A stretch of 62,000 nt of DNA from Acanthaster planci (lineage: Eukaryota), in contig NW_019091404.1 in assembly GCF_001949145.1 (NCBI RefSeq), forward strand, positions 1,054,001 to 1,116,000, given 5' to 3'. Positions within the stretch are counted from its first letter, which is position 1; each line of letters begins with the position of its first letter. Position numbers and translations under genes: made by a program. Positions 1 to 13,256 of the stretch are shown piece by piece. The notes below the pieces were generated by a model. It did no database searches and was not told the origin of the DNA. It saw nothing but the letters and a program-made list of their open reading frames with translations.

Positions 1-928
1 TAGAATCTGATGACGAAATGCTGGCACTGTTTTAGATGAAATATGGAAGGATAGCATATCTGCAAAATTCCGCTGTAAAGTAGGGGAGGGCAGCTTCTTC
101 CAGCAAACGCGTGGTGAACGCCCCTCAGCTTCAAATTCTCCTTTCAGTTTTCAAGGTCACAGACAGATGATCAGTTTCTTTTTCCATCCAAAGTGCATTC
201 GTTAGCTGGAAGGAATCTACAGAGCGTTTATTGAGAGAACCAAAGCTTAGGCCTAACCCTAACAGTCCTCAATCCTGCGATTTCAATATTTTATGTAGGC
301 CTACACCCTAGGGAGATTAGGGTGTGAAACGCGGGAGACTCTAAAGAAAACGAACTGTATCGTTACATGTGCCATATTCCCGAATCAGAAACTGCATTAT
401 CAACCCCTCAATCTACAGAGCTATGTCTCGATCCTAAACAGTATTGAGTCCCCCCCCCCTCAACCATTGAAGGATTCAACCAACCAGAGCGTTATTACTT
501 CCCACTCAAAAGAATTAGTTGGGCACCAACAATTGTGAGAGCTGTATAGGCACCGGCTGCTCATTACGAGACTTACCTCCATGAAATTGGTCGTAAAGAA
601 AAATGACCTCATTCCCGGGCCTGAAAATAGGGTCATTTGGAATGATCTTCTTCAAATTGAATCCATTTCACTGATGCATTTTATCATCTACCGATGACTG
701 GGGAGTAGTGGACAATTTGATTCATTAATCACGAGCAATGGGGACAGTGGACGGGAAGGTCATTTCTGACTTGAGAAGTTTTAGTGGGGGAGGGGCCTGA
801 GTTGTCAAAGAATTGTGGTGGACGGCTGCCAAGTTCCCTTTTGCAATCTGTCCAGTACAAACGTTCTCCAAGAATTGATTTATCTGCCAGACAGCTTGAA
901 TGCCCAGGGGGATTTATGACAGGGGACC

Positions 929-1624
929 AGCTGGTCCAACTCCTAAAAAAGTATTCAAAATTAAAAAAAAAAGACTATTTTTGGAAAAACCACAAGGGCT
1001 GATTAGAGCTTCCTGGTTAGTACTAATTTTGCATGATTCCAAAAAATGAAAACTATAGTCACAGTTTCTCGAAAATCGCATATGTTTTCTTTGAAGCAGG
1101 CAGACGAGTGAGCTAGCACAAAAAGCCAGTGGCAAAGTTCAGTGTATGTTGCATGCGTGATTCACCGACTGAAAGTGCCGCCCCTTCGAACCAAATCTTT
1201 AATAGTGTTGGATATTAACAGCACAATTTCCTATTGAGACATCTTTTGCATTTTCTAGAGAAGGCACCAAGTTGGCACAGTAAAAGGTGTGCCAACCACT
1301 AGTTACAGAATTTAAAGAATCACCCTCTCATTTGAAGTGGACTTTGGTTAATCAGAAGCAACTTTTTTGGGGGGGGGGAATCAAAAGTGACAACATTGCA
1401 GAAATAGTTATACCACCTTCGGGGGGGGGTCTTCCTTTATGAATAAAATTGGACAACTCAGGAAAAAAATCTCCATTTCCTCCCCCTCCCTCGGACTAAA
1501 ATTGGATGCACTACTGAGATCAAGCTGGTCCAACTCCTACAAAAGTATTCAAAATTTTAAAAAAAGAAGACCATTTTTGGAAAACCACACGGGCTGATTA
1601 GAGCTTCCTGGTTAGCACTAATTT
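929..1624 (+). repeat. ~100-bp direct duplication (929-1029 and 1523-1624)
   Basis: AGCTGGTCCAACTCCTA...GGGCTGATTAGAGCTTCCTGGTTAG(T/C)ACTAATTT occurs twice. Confidence 0.85.
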
Positions 1625-4547
1625 GGGGAACATGGGAAGCTCGGTTTACTGGGAACATGTACAAGCTCAGTTTGGTTTCAAAACCCCCAAGGCTTGCTCA
1701 GGTGGTAGAGACAACATTACTGTGTTCTTTTTTTTTGGGGGGGGGGGAATGGTAACGCACACTGTTCATGTACATGTGCTTTCTGTTTCTGTGAAGTTCT
1801 CGGCGTCAAGCCTTGATAACTATTAATCCTGGGCAACACCCTTGATCAATAGGCTAGATGCCAATACGATGCACCTGTGGCCAACGCATTTGTATACATG
1901 TACATGTTCACGTGTACATGTTCAAGTAAACACACAGACCAATTACACGCATGCAATGTACATGTACATATGTACCTTGTGATGCAATGCAGTACATGTG
2001 CAATTCTATTTAAAGCCCATTTGCAAGTGGAGCTTCAGGATGGAACACAGAGGGCGCCCTTCCTCCCTAAGGGTATAGACCAGTAAATATGCTGCCATAG
2101 GCAACGGTGATAAATACTCCCACTTTGGAAAATCAGGAGAACTGCTCACAAGTTTCTCAGGTGTTCAAGACACAATCAAACGAAAGCTCACTTCCTCATC
2201 TTTCATTGTCCATTCAATTTTCTGTGACTTAGGTCTTGACTTTGGAAGATATTTCTCTCCATCTGGTTACCCTAAAGGCTAAGCAGGATCACAATTACAT
2301 GCACTCGGCTGTGGCTTGCAATTATTCACAACTCTATGGGAAGTGTCTGCAGCCACTGCCATAGACCCATGTGTAAGGTTTAAGCCGTAGCCAAATAAAT
2401 TTTGATGCAGCCTCACACATGTACAGTATGTTCTACATGCCACTTTCCACACAGTCTCAGCCAGTCAAACCGTAGCCTTGAATACTTTCCATAACATTTG
2501 GTGGTACCTTCTTTCCTCAAGTTCAGTTGATTAAAAAATGCTTTGAAAAGAGCCATGAGGCACCACTCTATGGGTGGAGTCACAATTTTGAGCAGGGGGG
2601 AGGTGATAACTTGGTTTACTTTGCTCTTGATGTTCAGATCATGTGCCAAAATAGAGGAAATCACCTCTGAATTTGAAGGGAAATTGATTTTTGATTCAAA
2701 AGTTGAATAAAAACTGCAGGTTTTAAAAAATGTGCAATCAATTTCTTTTTTCTTTTTAAGCTGCGAAAATGACTCATGTCACTCAGCTTACACAGATGAA
2801 AAAAGAGGGAAGGTGTGACATTGTTTCTACCAGAAATACATCTGGAGAGTGATGAGGGGAAGTTGTTTTGATTTGGGGCTCCCTGATTGAATGTTGCCAA
2901 AGAGGTTGCATTCCTCTTGATAGTTGAAATGTCAAAGAAAAAAAAAAGACAGAAAAGCCAGCCAGCGGGGCACAGGAATAAAAATGCAAGGGGCTTAGCG
3001 GTGTCACGGCGAATCATGTACCGCCTCCATCTTGCTCAGTGGGCAGATGGCAGCGCGCACGTGTAGTCCTGGGGTTTTGAGAACCCGAGCTCCTGTGACA
3101 TTTATGGAGGTTAGTTTTAGCATTACGCTGTCGCCACTTGGAGTTCCCTGCGAAGAGGGAGCAGAAATTCCCCAATCCATTCTGCTTCTAATTCGAGTCT
3201 GGAGTACCTTAATCCCACCACCAATTCCAAGGATGCACCGTCCCCCCAAGAAGTTGAAATTGTCAAATTACAGAGAATGTGGTTAATGCCTTGAAGTGTC
3301 TGGCTGAATCTGCCATAAAACTGGAATTTTTTTTTAGAGCAGAGGACAAGAAAGAAGAGACAGTGAAAGTACAAGACAGAGCTAGAGCAGCACCGTGCCA
3401 GCAAATAAAAGAAAATTAAACTTCTGGGAACAATCTTGGCGAATCAATTACTCCCCCGCGATTCCGACACGGGTCAGAGATCGGGGCATCCAATTTGTTG
3501 GTGACATTCTTGGGCCTTACTTGTGGGACACGTGGACAGAGTATCGTCTTTGAACAAGGGGACATAGAGCGAGTGTGTAAAAGAGAAAAATTGCTGATTC
3601 TGCCCGATGAAGAATTTCGGGGTCGGGATGGGCCAGGTGTGGGGGGGGAGCTGAAATGACAAACCGTGTCCCTAACAGCTCAATGGCGATAAGGAATGCA
3701 GCCCAGCTATTCCTACATGCCCTATAATAATGCTTAGGGGTTTTTTGTGGTTTGCCAACTGAAGCCAACAGATCACTTCGGAGGACAAAAAAAAAATGGG
3801 AATTTAATGGCCTACTCAAAAGATATCTTTTTCCTTTTTTCCATTAGGCTGGCCGCATCAACATCTGGGTGAATTCTTTTCATGGGGGGCATTTTGAAAT
3901 TTGAATTTATCCAAACCTTACATCATGAAAGAAAGCAAATGAAAGATTCGATGCTTCATATTGTAAGGGGCGTTTCCGACCCCCCATAGAAGTGACAGTA
4001 GCTGGGTTTTCTGCCTTTGTCAATCCTACAAAATCCTCCAAATCTCATGATGAATTTTGAAGGATCTGGCATGCATCCGTCCGTGTCCATGACTTGGTAA
4101 ATTAATCCATGATAATTTCCTTTTCCATTTATTACTAACTGATTGAGTTTTAAAACTTGATTGCTTACAATGTCCATGTCCTTGCACTGGGTAATACATT
4201 TCTTTCTGTTCCTGTTTTTCATGTGCAATATACTAGCATAAATTTGTTCTTTTGTGTGGTTTGAGTGGCACCCGAGGAGAGCAACTTCATAGAAATTAAG
4301 TTTGTTGGTTTGCAATGATGCAAGGCTATTGCTTAACTCTCTGTCTTGTCAATCTTTGTACATGTGTGTTTTGTTTGGTTGGATTGTAATGATTTTACCT
4401 GCAAAACGTTAATATTCAAATGAAATGAAGGGTTGTGAAGCAGCTCACACAATAGGCCATGGTTTAGGTTGCAATTGATGCAAAGGTTATGTAATGTACA
4501 AAAGTTTACTTCTCCACGCAGTTTTTCTGCCAATTACTTATCAAAAA

Positions 4548-4671
4548 ACTTTCCTCTTAAATGCTTATAACAAACGGTCACTTGTGATCACCTGTTCTGC
4601 AGTGCCTTACTTTCCTCTTCAATGCTAATAACGGTCACTTGTGATCACCTGTTCTGCAGTGCCTTACTTTT
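4548..4671 (+). repeat. Tandem duplication, ~60-bp unit x2
   Basis: AACGGTCACTTGTGATCACCTGTTCTGCAGTGCCTTACTTT repeated exactly. Confidence 0.85.
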
Positions 4672-5913
4672 ACATTGAACAGACAACAGTCATGAGTTTC
4701 CTTTCAAATTAAAATCCGTCTTGATTGCCTCTCATGAACCATCTTGGTTACCTCTTTCCAGAGCTCAGGTCATACTGAGCATCCAGTAAGACTATTATTC
4801 AAGTTTCTTTTTCTTTCCACTTTCAACTTAGGGAAAAGGTCTTCCTTAGATTTTCAGTTTGTCTTTCAAGAGTACGAGAACCCCTGAGAAATTTGCCTCA
4901 TTTCCTTGTGAAAAACATGTGGACCCCTTTCGTGCCTGGGCACAATGACAGCCATCCCAGGTGCAATCTGAATTGGACCATCACCAGCCCGGTGTCTAAT
5001 TAAAAACGGCCAATTATCTGAGGATTGGATGGGCGGAGAAGCTCTCCTCTCCCTTACAGGGGTGGGATCTGCTTGCATTTGTGCCTCCTGCAGTGTGTCT
5101 GTAATAGGGCAAAGGCTCACGGTGAGGTAAATCTTATAAAACTGTAGAAGAGCTTATCAAGGATTTCACGCCCCGGCGGTGATAAAACCTGTGATTCTTA
5201 AACGCTTCTTAGTGGTAGCTTGCATGCTCAGTAAAGCACTTCCTGTCAGCTCTGTTTAAGGCTGAAATTCTAAAAATTGTATTCTGAGCAGCAAAAAAAG
5301 CTTGGAAATACAGACAGGGAAATCAACAGTTTACTAGAACAATTCTAATCGCCGATTGTTAAACTAGCTGAGCTGGGGTCCGATTGAATCTGAGGATTAG
5401 AGATTATTCTGGAAACAGCTGCAGTTTAAGACAAGTGCTTTGAACAAACCAGTCTACTTAAGCACAACTATCTTTACTCTAAACACACACAAAAAATGGA
5501 GCCATTTTCCATCAGCAAGACAAGAATCTTCTATTCTTGTAACAAAAAAAGTGCTCGGCAATGACCAGCATCTACCTGGAACTGGGCAAAGAAATACTCG
5601 GCAAAATCTACATGGACAGGAAGATACTATAGAACTTGTACCAAAACACACGTTTCCTCCAGAAATTACATTCAAAACTGAAAATGACCACACACTAACA
5701 AAAGACACTGAAAAGAAATAATTTCACTGCATTAAAACAAGAATTCTTCCCCTAAAAAGAAATGAATAATTTGACAATACATGATCTTTATTATTATTAT
5801 TATTATTGATTACTTCTGATAATGACACCAAAGATTCCTAAAAAGTGCCCTAGGCACTGTAGCTCGCTAGCCTGAAGAAACCTGTAGCAAGGAGACAATG
5901 AGAAGCAGTTACA

Positions 5914-6068
5914 GTTTTAGAGGTGGGAGGAAAACCCGGAGGAATATTCTGGGTAAAACCCACGAAATCAGGTAGGGACTTAAAACCCAATCCATGGGTG
6001 GACTGGGTCAGGATTTGAACCCAGACTGCAGAGGTGGAAGGCAAGAAAAGAACCACTATGCCAACCTG
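5914..6068 (-). mobile_element. tRNA-derived SINE with V-domain-like core
   Basis: Minus strand reads TGGCATAGTGG (A box) ... GGTTCAAATCC (B box) ... GTGGGTTTTACCCAGAATATTCCTCCGGGTTTTCCTCCCAC, resembling the V-SINE central domain. Confidence 0.65.
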
Positions 6069-6106
6069 ACTCCCCATCTAGAGATGTCCTGATTATTTTC
6101 CTCTCC

Positions 6107-6229
6107 AGAGCCTTTGCATGGTAGCCATCTTGCAGGGAATTTGCTTGTTCCACAGGGAAACCTCCTTTGTGGAAACCCTTTGGAGCAAACACACAGGCCT
6201 GCAATATGGCAGCCACGTAAACCCTCTAT
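6107..6229. mobile_element. MITE, same family as 53042-53167
   Basis: TTTGCATGGTAGCCATCTTG ... ATGGCAGCCACGTAAACCCTCTAT; colinear with the second copy. Confidence 0.65.
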
Positions 6230-9200
6230 TCTACACAAGTTTGAAAAGTGAGTGCAGCGATGCGATTATGTAACACATAATGCATTGTGGGCCTTGTCAG
6301 TAACTTCCTGGTTTGCTGGCCCGCAGTTGCCAAGATTTTGGAAGTCGTTTGAATGTCACTGACCGAGGATCAAATACTTGAAAGGTGCACTGAAGGAAAA
6401 AAAAAAGCAAACTGAACAATGACAAGGTTTTGAATAGAAGCGTTGGAATGCACAATTAAGCAAGGCAATCAGATTATGACTGGGACAACACCATTCATAA
6501 TCTGACAGATACAGGCCACACAAAATGCGTGCGCTTGGCATCCACGATGGACACTAATAAATGCAACACGTGCCACTTGCTTTTCATGGCAGAAATTTGG
6601 AATAGTGCCAATATTTGTTTGCTTGGAGGGGAGGGAAGGGAAATTGAGGCAAGCTACTGTTGACCACTTGAGGGGGGAGGGATACAGGTGAAATTAAAGG
6701 GCATTACTTGATTGTTAGTAGGTGTTTCATCAGAGGGTAAAAAATGACAGTTGGGTTGGCGGGCTTCTTGTCAAATCCTCCAGGTGCTTGAGAAAAGGCT
6801 CCTAAGGTCTGGCATTGTGACCAGTCTGAAGGGAAGGATGGTGGTCAGCACCCTGGGGGAGATACATGTTTACACTGTACATGTATATAGAGTCAATGCA
6901 TGCTGGGAAAGAGACACTTTGCTTCAAAAATAACTGAACGAAAAGAAAAATACATTTTACAATTACTGTTTAAACATCCAAGACAAAAACGAGCAGATCT
7001 TTTTCTTGGTCTACTCCAACTAACCAACAATTTGCCAAAATCCGACACCTACCCACTGTGTCTTTTACACAGGGCTCAGTGTCGGGGCAGCAAGAGTGTA
7101 CAATATTCAAATTGGGAAGAAAATACCGAAGAAAATGTACTTTAAGAAATCGAACGGTTTCAACAGGCCTGAAGTTACTCAACATCGGAAAGTGATCTTT
7201 TCTTGATGATTTTGCAGGCCTGAGAGAGCCGGAAAAACCTTGCTTAATGTCCCTTCTGTCATTTCAAATATAACTCACTGTCATTGGTCAATCCTCACAG
7301 AATCTCTAGGGCATTTGGGTAAATCTCTGTTTGGATCTGAAATGTCAGGCTTTCTACAAGTAACTCGCAGAGCTTTACATTTTCAGTCAACTCAGTAGTG
7401 GCTAGTATAAAAGCAATAACAGAACTTCCAAATGCAGTGCTTGTCAATGGCCTTCCCTGGATGTGGTTAAATCGGCTTAAAGCTTTGGTATGAGCTAATC
7501 GTCCACTTCAAACATAAATACACAAAATTTGATAAAGTCCTATTTACCTTTCAAGGGTCAGATGAAAAGATGACCTTAGAATGAGACCATACATGTTTTG
7601 GTCAATTATTTGGTCAATTTGAAGCTTTTGGAGTGAGAATTTAATTGGTAGCTGTCAGGGATCTTGCCGTACTTGATATGCCATTCTGTAAATGTCATTT
7701 TTAAGAGTGGGAAGGCCGTTTAACATGAAAATCCTCAATTTTGTTAGGCGGGATCAGCCGGATTATCTAAAATGGTACTTTTGTTGTTCCCCCACTTGCA
7801 CAAGTTAAGCCAGGCTCGCTGAGGAGAAAGTCTAAATCTATGAATATCTGGGCCGTGCCGGCACAATCCCTCATCTGGACAAATTCTACAAAAGGGGCAC
7901 CATTATCGCAACCTATTCAAACAGTTCGGGCATTTCTAATAAATCCTAGACCTGTGACAGCGATGATCAAGCGGAGAAAGGACAGAAAGGATAATCATCA
8001 ATAAGCCTAAATATCAAAGGATTTTAATTCAAAAACTCCAAAATACAGGAACACAGAGATGTGGTCATCTATTCAAATAATAGATCTCCACCAAAATTAA
8101 GATACCTATTCAACATAAACAGCTGAAAGTGTATCAAGTGGTTTTTGAAGCACAGATTAAAGGGCGACAAGGAGCACCCGGCTTAATCGGAAGAAATTTC
8201 AAGTGGTATCGCTACGGAACGGTTGAGAAAAGTTGAAAAGGCTGGCAAAGCTGAGGGGCTGAAAAAGCTTAAAATGTGCTTTGTTTGAAGGCACCTGCAG
8301 CTTCAGACGACACACAAAACCACAAGAGAGATTGACAGACAGAACAAAGGAAACAAAAACAGAACAGGACAGATGAGGAGGAATGCCTTGGAACTCTTCC
8401 CACCTTCTGACTCCAAAAGTAGCTTCCAATTTAGCTGCAGAAAATTTATTACTCAATCACAAAATCAAAACTCAAATCTTATCTGGAGGAGAAGCTTTCC
8501 AAACCTTTCAAGTCTCAACGCCATCTTTGTAGCTGTGCACAATCAAACTAGGCACACACTAGTATTGTTGTAAATAGGAAACAGGTGTAGTTGTTGGTAA
8601 AATGTTCAACATTTGCGTGTCTTTTGCTCATCTAATTAAGCACATCAATTTTGGTCCAAACAAGATAAAATATCTACTGTTGGAATGTAATGTTGCCATG
8701 GAGATGGAGGTAGATCCTTGGTCTGGGATTTCACCTTCAGACAAGCATGCATTACCAGTACCTGGAAACGGAGTACAATCCTAATGGTATTAAAATTCAA
8801 GTCTTGAGTCGAGAAATTAAAAGGCAGCAGGACCCAAGAACAGACTATTGACAGACTCAGTGATGCTGAAGATATCCTTGCTCATTGACATTGGCATCAG
8901 CAAGGACCCCAATCGAGGACAAGATCTATATCGAAATGGCCTTCCTCAGGTGGTTTTTATTGAATCCCCGAAGCCTGGAATTCAAGACATTGGTTGTCTG
9001 CGGGACTGGTGAGGTTACGACATTGAAATTCCTCTTGCTGCCATCCATGAGGAGGAATGAAGGATGTTGAGACAAGATGTCTTCTGTGATTCATGAGGTA
9101 AAGGGGAGAGGGAGATGGGATCGTTTAATGTACAAGATCAAAGGATCTTCTTCTCTAAGGGCTGATTTATTCTCTTCAAACTTCTCCAAATCTCCTCTTC

Positions 9201-12200
9201 ATTAAACAGATGCACGTAACATAACCAAAGGAAAGTTATGAACAAGGGCAAACTTTCCCAGTTTTTGTCTAAAACTTTCCAAATATATGCCCTTAATATC
9301 TTTCCTCCCCAATTTTTTTTTCCTCTGCAATTTATTTCCACTGGCCAGCGATTGCGAGATCTTTCTGATTATCTAGCTCTCACAGTGAATGTTAGCCGTT
9401 GTCTGAAACAATTTCTGTCTGGAACCACAAACAGGCGTCTCTGTGACCTGCAGCTACTGAGGCGGTCATGAGCAAGTAGGTCAAAGCTGGCAAGGTTCCG
9501 ACGCTGGAATTTTCGGGGTTTGTAAGAGCAAGGGTTGTGTTTGGGCTCACTGAGCAAACACCACAGATGAGGGACAGCAAAATCCCCCTGCAAGCAATTA
9601 GAAGAGATGCCATCCCAAGGAAATCACCGAGCATGAATTGTTTCTTGAGAATGGCCCAAAAGCCGACACTAGGCTACAGTCCTTCAGACAGTTCTTAAAG
9701 ACAGAGATTGGATTTAACCCTTAACATGCTGCTTAAATCTGCTTCTTGTCTGTAAGGTGGCAACGAAAGCACTCAATAAGCAGCACACGCTAATGACTGT
9801 TCACTCTTACAGTACAAAGGACTGTGGTTTTTTGAACCATGACGTAATAATCTTTTAAACAATGTACTCCTTTGTTGGGGAGGGGGACTTTATACTCCAC
9901 ATAATGCACATTCCCTTCCCTTACTGCTCGTTTCCCTTATTCCACTGTTAAGAAAGCCGAAAGCCCCAAAATACAAAATACAGTAGGCCTCATCGAGAAA
10001 TTTGACAAAAATAAGTCATTTCAGTCGTTTCTGCACATGGTCCCCAGCGACCCGAGGTCTCACAGCCGCAACACAACCACGTGCTGCTGCAGGTGTTCTT
10101 TGCCAATACTCTACAGAGCCTGATTCCCGGACTCCCAGCTCCCAAGTAACCTCAAACCACACGTGTCCCTCTTCATCTCCCGGACTCCAGCAGTACATAG
10201 GACAGGGACCGATACTCCTGACTCCTCTGCCCAGTTGATGCTGTAAATCATCTCCAACATGTTTCTCGTGACATAGGTGTGGAATCGCCTTCTCAGCCCA
10301 CGTCATCAATCAATCCCTAACACATTCCTCAATGCATATCTGGCATGCTTCACATTGGTGAAATCTACAGCAGGACTCCCACTTGGGGCGTCTTTCATTG
10401 GCACTTCAGACACAACCAATACATTACATGCTGTGTGTTTGGAAAACTGCTGCATATTGAAACCAGAAAGACTGCTCTATAGTCTTGATTTCACAAGGTT
10501 TAAGGCAACTGCTCCACCACTTTGTTTCTCAAGGTTTTTCAAAAATGGAGGGAAGTTCTTTAAGAATATTTAAAAACTCAAGAAGAAATTGTTGTTCACT
10601 TGACAGTTTTTGGTGTCTTTGTTGACTGGCGGTGAGAATTCCAACTTTGAATACATCACAGACAATTGGTTTGTTGAAGACACAGTTCGCCTAAGAAATT
10701 CAGCACCAGCTGTGGTTCAACTGTTGGGCAGTGTCTCCATCATCTGGCTCTGGCTAATACACCTACAGTATCTATGGCAAGTGAGCAGTAGCCACAAGCC
10801 AGTGTCCCCATAGGGTCCTATGTAATTACAGCCACATCCACAAACTTTCAGATACTAGCTTCAATGCGAAGTGCCTTCAGCTCAAGTCAGCTCCTGACAA
10901 GGAGCTACGGAATACGGAATGATGGCTACTTTGTCCTCAGGATACAAGACCTACTAGACCTTACACCAAGGCTAAAATCGTAAGAGCTGCAGGGCACCAG
11001 CTTCAAAATACTCCACAGAGAATTCTACAGATCAGTGTGCCCTTCTTTGGTGAAATGCATTGCCAGTGACACACCGTTAACCCCATTAAACCCCCATCTA
11101 ACAAAATTACTCAGACCACTCCCGAACCCATCATTATCAAATTAGAAAACTTACAGACTGAAAAGGATCAAAAAGGGTCCAAACAAAACAATGGCAGTGA
11201 ATGATCTAGCTTGACCTCCATTGACCCCTGAGAGTGTTGAGTGATTGGCTAATATGCCCGAAGGATCAATGGATCTTCAGAGATTTTTTTTTTCTGGCTG
11301 GGGAACAGGTCTAAAACTGTGCCTTAAAGTTAAAAGTGATGTGAAGTCATCATCTGCCTTGGAAAAAGGGACTGCTTGATCTCATGTGACCTTGAATGAC
11401 CCCAAATGACCTCTCAAAATTGGCAGAGCCCTTGATCCAAAAGAAGAAATTACTTTTTGGGTAAGGACACATTTTCTCCTAGGTCCTTCTGTGCAGTGGA
11501 ATGCCATTCCTGATTGGTGGAGCAAAGTCCAAGGGGGGGACACATTCTGTGAATCGATTGTAATAGTCATCACTGTCTCTAGGACAAAGCTACAGTTTCC
11601 AAAGTCTTGCCCCATAACAAAAGCAAGAATGTCTATCATCACCTACAGATAAAACCTCAGTCTTGGTTTCAAGACCTTCCTTTTATTCCGCTGTCACACT
11701 GAATCGCATTATACACCACACACTACACACATATCACATCACAGCACCGCAAAAGGCGTCTTGGACCCAAGACTAATTGTAACATTGCATATTTCATCAT
11801 GCATGCAATGTACTGAATGTAAACAGATTAAAACGCTTTTATGACGAACAGTGTCCTAGGAAGGACATGCTTCGTAAGGCGCATCTAGACTCCGAAACTT
11901 TTAATTAAAAACTTATGACATCTGCACGTTTAGTAAGCCCAAATATCAACGCAGAACTTCACACCAAGTTCCACAGGAGTTACGGTATCAAAAATGCTGT
12001 TGCTACCAAGCCCAGCCCAGCCAGTGGCAGATTCTCTTCAGCTCAGAAATATTCTTCTGTCTGGTCACTGGCCGATACTGTTTTCACCGATGGAAAACAT
12101 CTGTACACCTTCCTGGTAACTCAACCTCCCCAAGCTACCGTTTTTAATGTGTTCATAACCCCAGACTTCCGATTTGAAAAGAAAAAAAAAATTTCTTCCA

Positions 12201-13162
12201 CCTGTTTAGGGCTGCAACAATAACTAAGAAAAAAAAAAAAGGGGGGGGGTTGAATGCGGACAAATTATGCTCGAAAATCCAATTTTTTACGCTGGTTTTC
12301 ACAGGTACAAAGCACTCACAGAGCATGCTTCAATGTTGGTCCCCCAGCTCAACCACTGTTCCTCTTTCTACACAGTTCACTTTTCCTTAGGTAGAAATAT
12401 AATCCTGAGAAAACATATTGGATATATTCAGCCAAGGCAAGAAAAAAAATTCCATTGCCCCCACAAGCTCTTTTTTTTATTAGGTGAGTTTTGGATTACT
12501 GCTGTGCTTCGGGGCATTTGTGCAGGTTGGCTTTCCGCTGTTATTGAGGCAGCTGTGAAGTTTGATCCATATTAAATTAACTGGCCATTTCCCATTTCTA
12601 TTTTGGCCCAAATTGTCATGATCCGTTTTCATTTTTAAATCAACAAATAAAACCAGAATTGCCGCTGGATAGTTCTCTGTAACAGAAAAAAAATGGAGTG
12701 GGAAACAAGAACACTGAAATGCTGAAGAGAATCCTAGGTGGGAAAAAAAGTGGGGATACCAGGGATTAATAAAAAAACTCACACATACACAAGTGAGATC
12801 ATCGCAATAAGCCTTTTGCAAGTTAAATTTGAATCAAATCTGGTACACTGATTTACCTGACCACCATCGCCGGAATGGACTGGTTCTTTTATGCCCTTCG
12901 TCTCCACTGAAAACAGCGTATTGGTTCAAGGTGTCTCTTTATGTAACTAGGCAAAAGCTTGCTCCAAATCAGGAGGCATAGCAACAGTGTGCTTAGTATG
13001 GAGAATTCAAATTGTTATGTTCATGTGAATTCGAAGAATGCAGTGTACCAGATTTTATTCAAATTTAACTAACCAAAAAATTATTTTTGGAACTTTTTCA
13101 GTGATACTTGGAATGTTCAGTTTGCCTGCACGAATGGAGAAACAAAACAGGATCAACTAGGG

Positions 13163-13256
13163 ATGGTGGCCGTGGAGGGACATCAAACATCGCAAATATC
13201 TTTGCAAATATTTGCAAAGATATTTGCAATGTCTGATGTCCCTCCAGGGCCACCAT
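13163..13256. mobile_element. Near-perfect 94-bp palindrome (MITE-like)
   Basis: ATGGTGGCCGTGGAGGGACATCAAACATCGCAAATATCTTTGCAAAT|ATTTGCAAAGATATTTGCAATGTCTGATGTCCCTCCAGGGCCACCAT, centred at 13209/13210. Confidence 0.75.

Noticed and set aside
1880..2000. Dense TACATGTA/GTACAT clusters (also ~57100, 58490, 60180, 61100)
   Set aside because: A dispersed simple motif found throughout the window, with no locus-specific organisation.
2661..2760. Minus ORF segment ...AVFIQLLNQK resembling the OPA1 C-terminus (FIEALHQEK)
   Set aside because: No VRxIQEKL motif, no stop at the expected place and no suitable phase-1 acceptor; likely chance.
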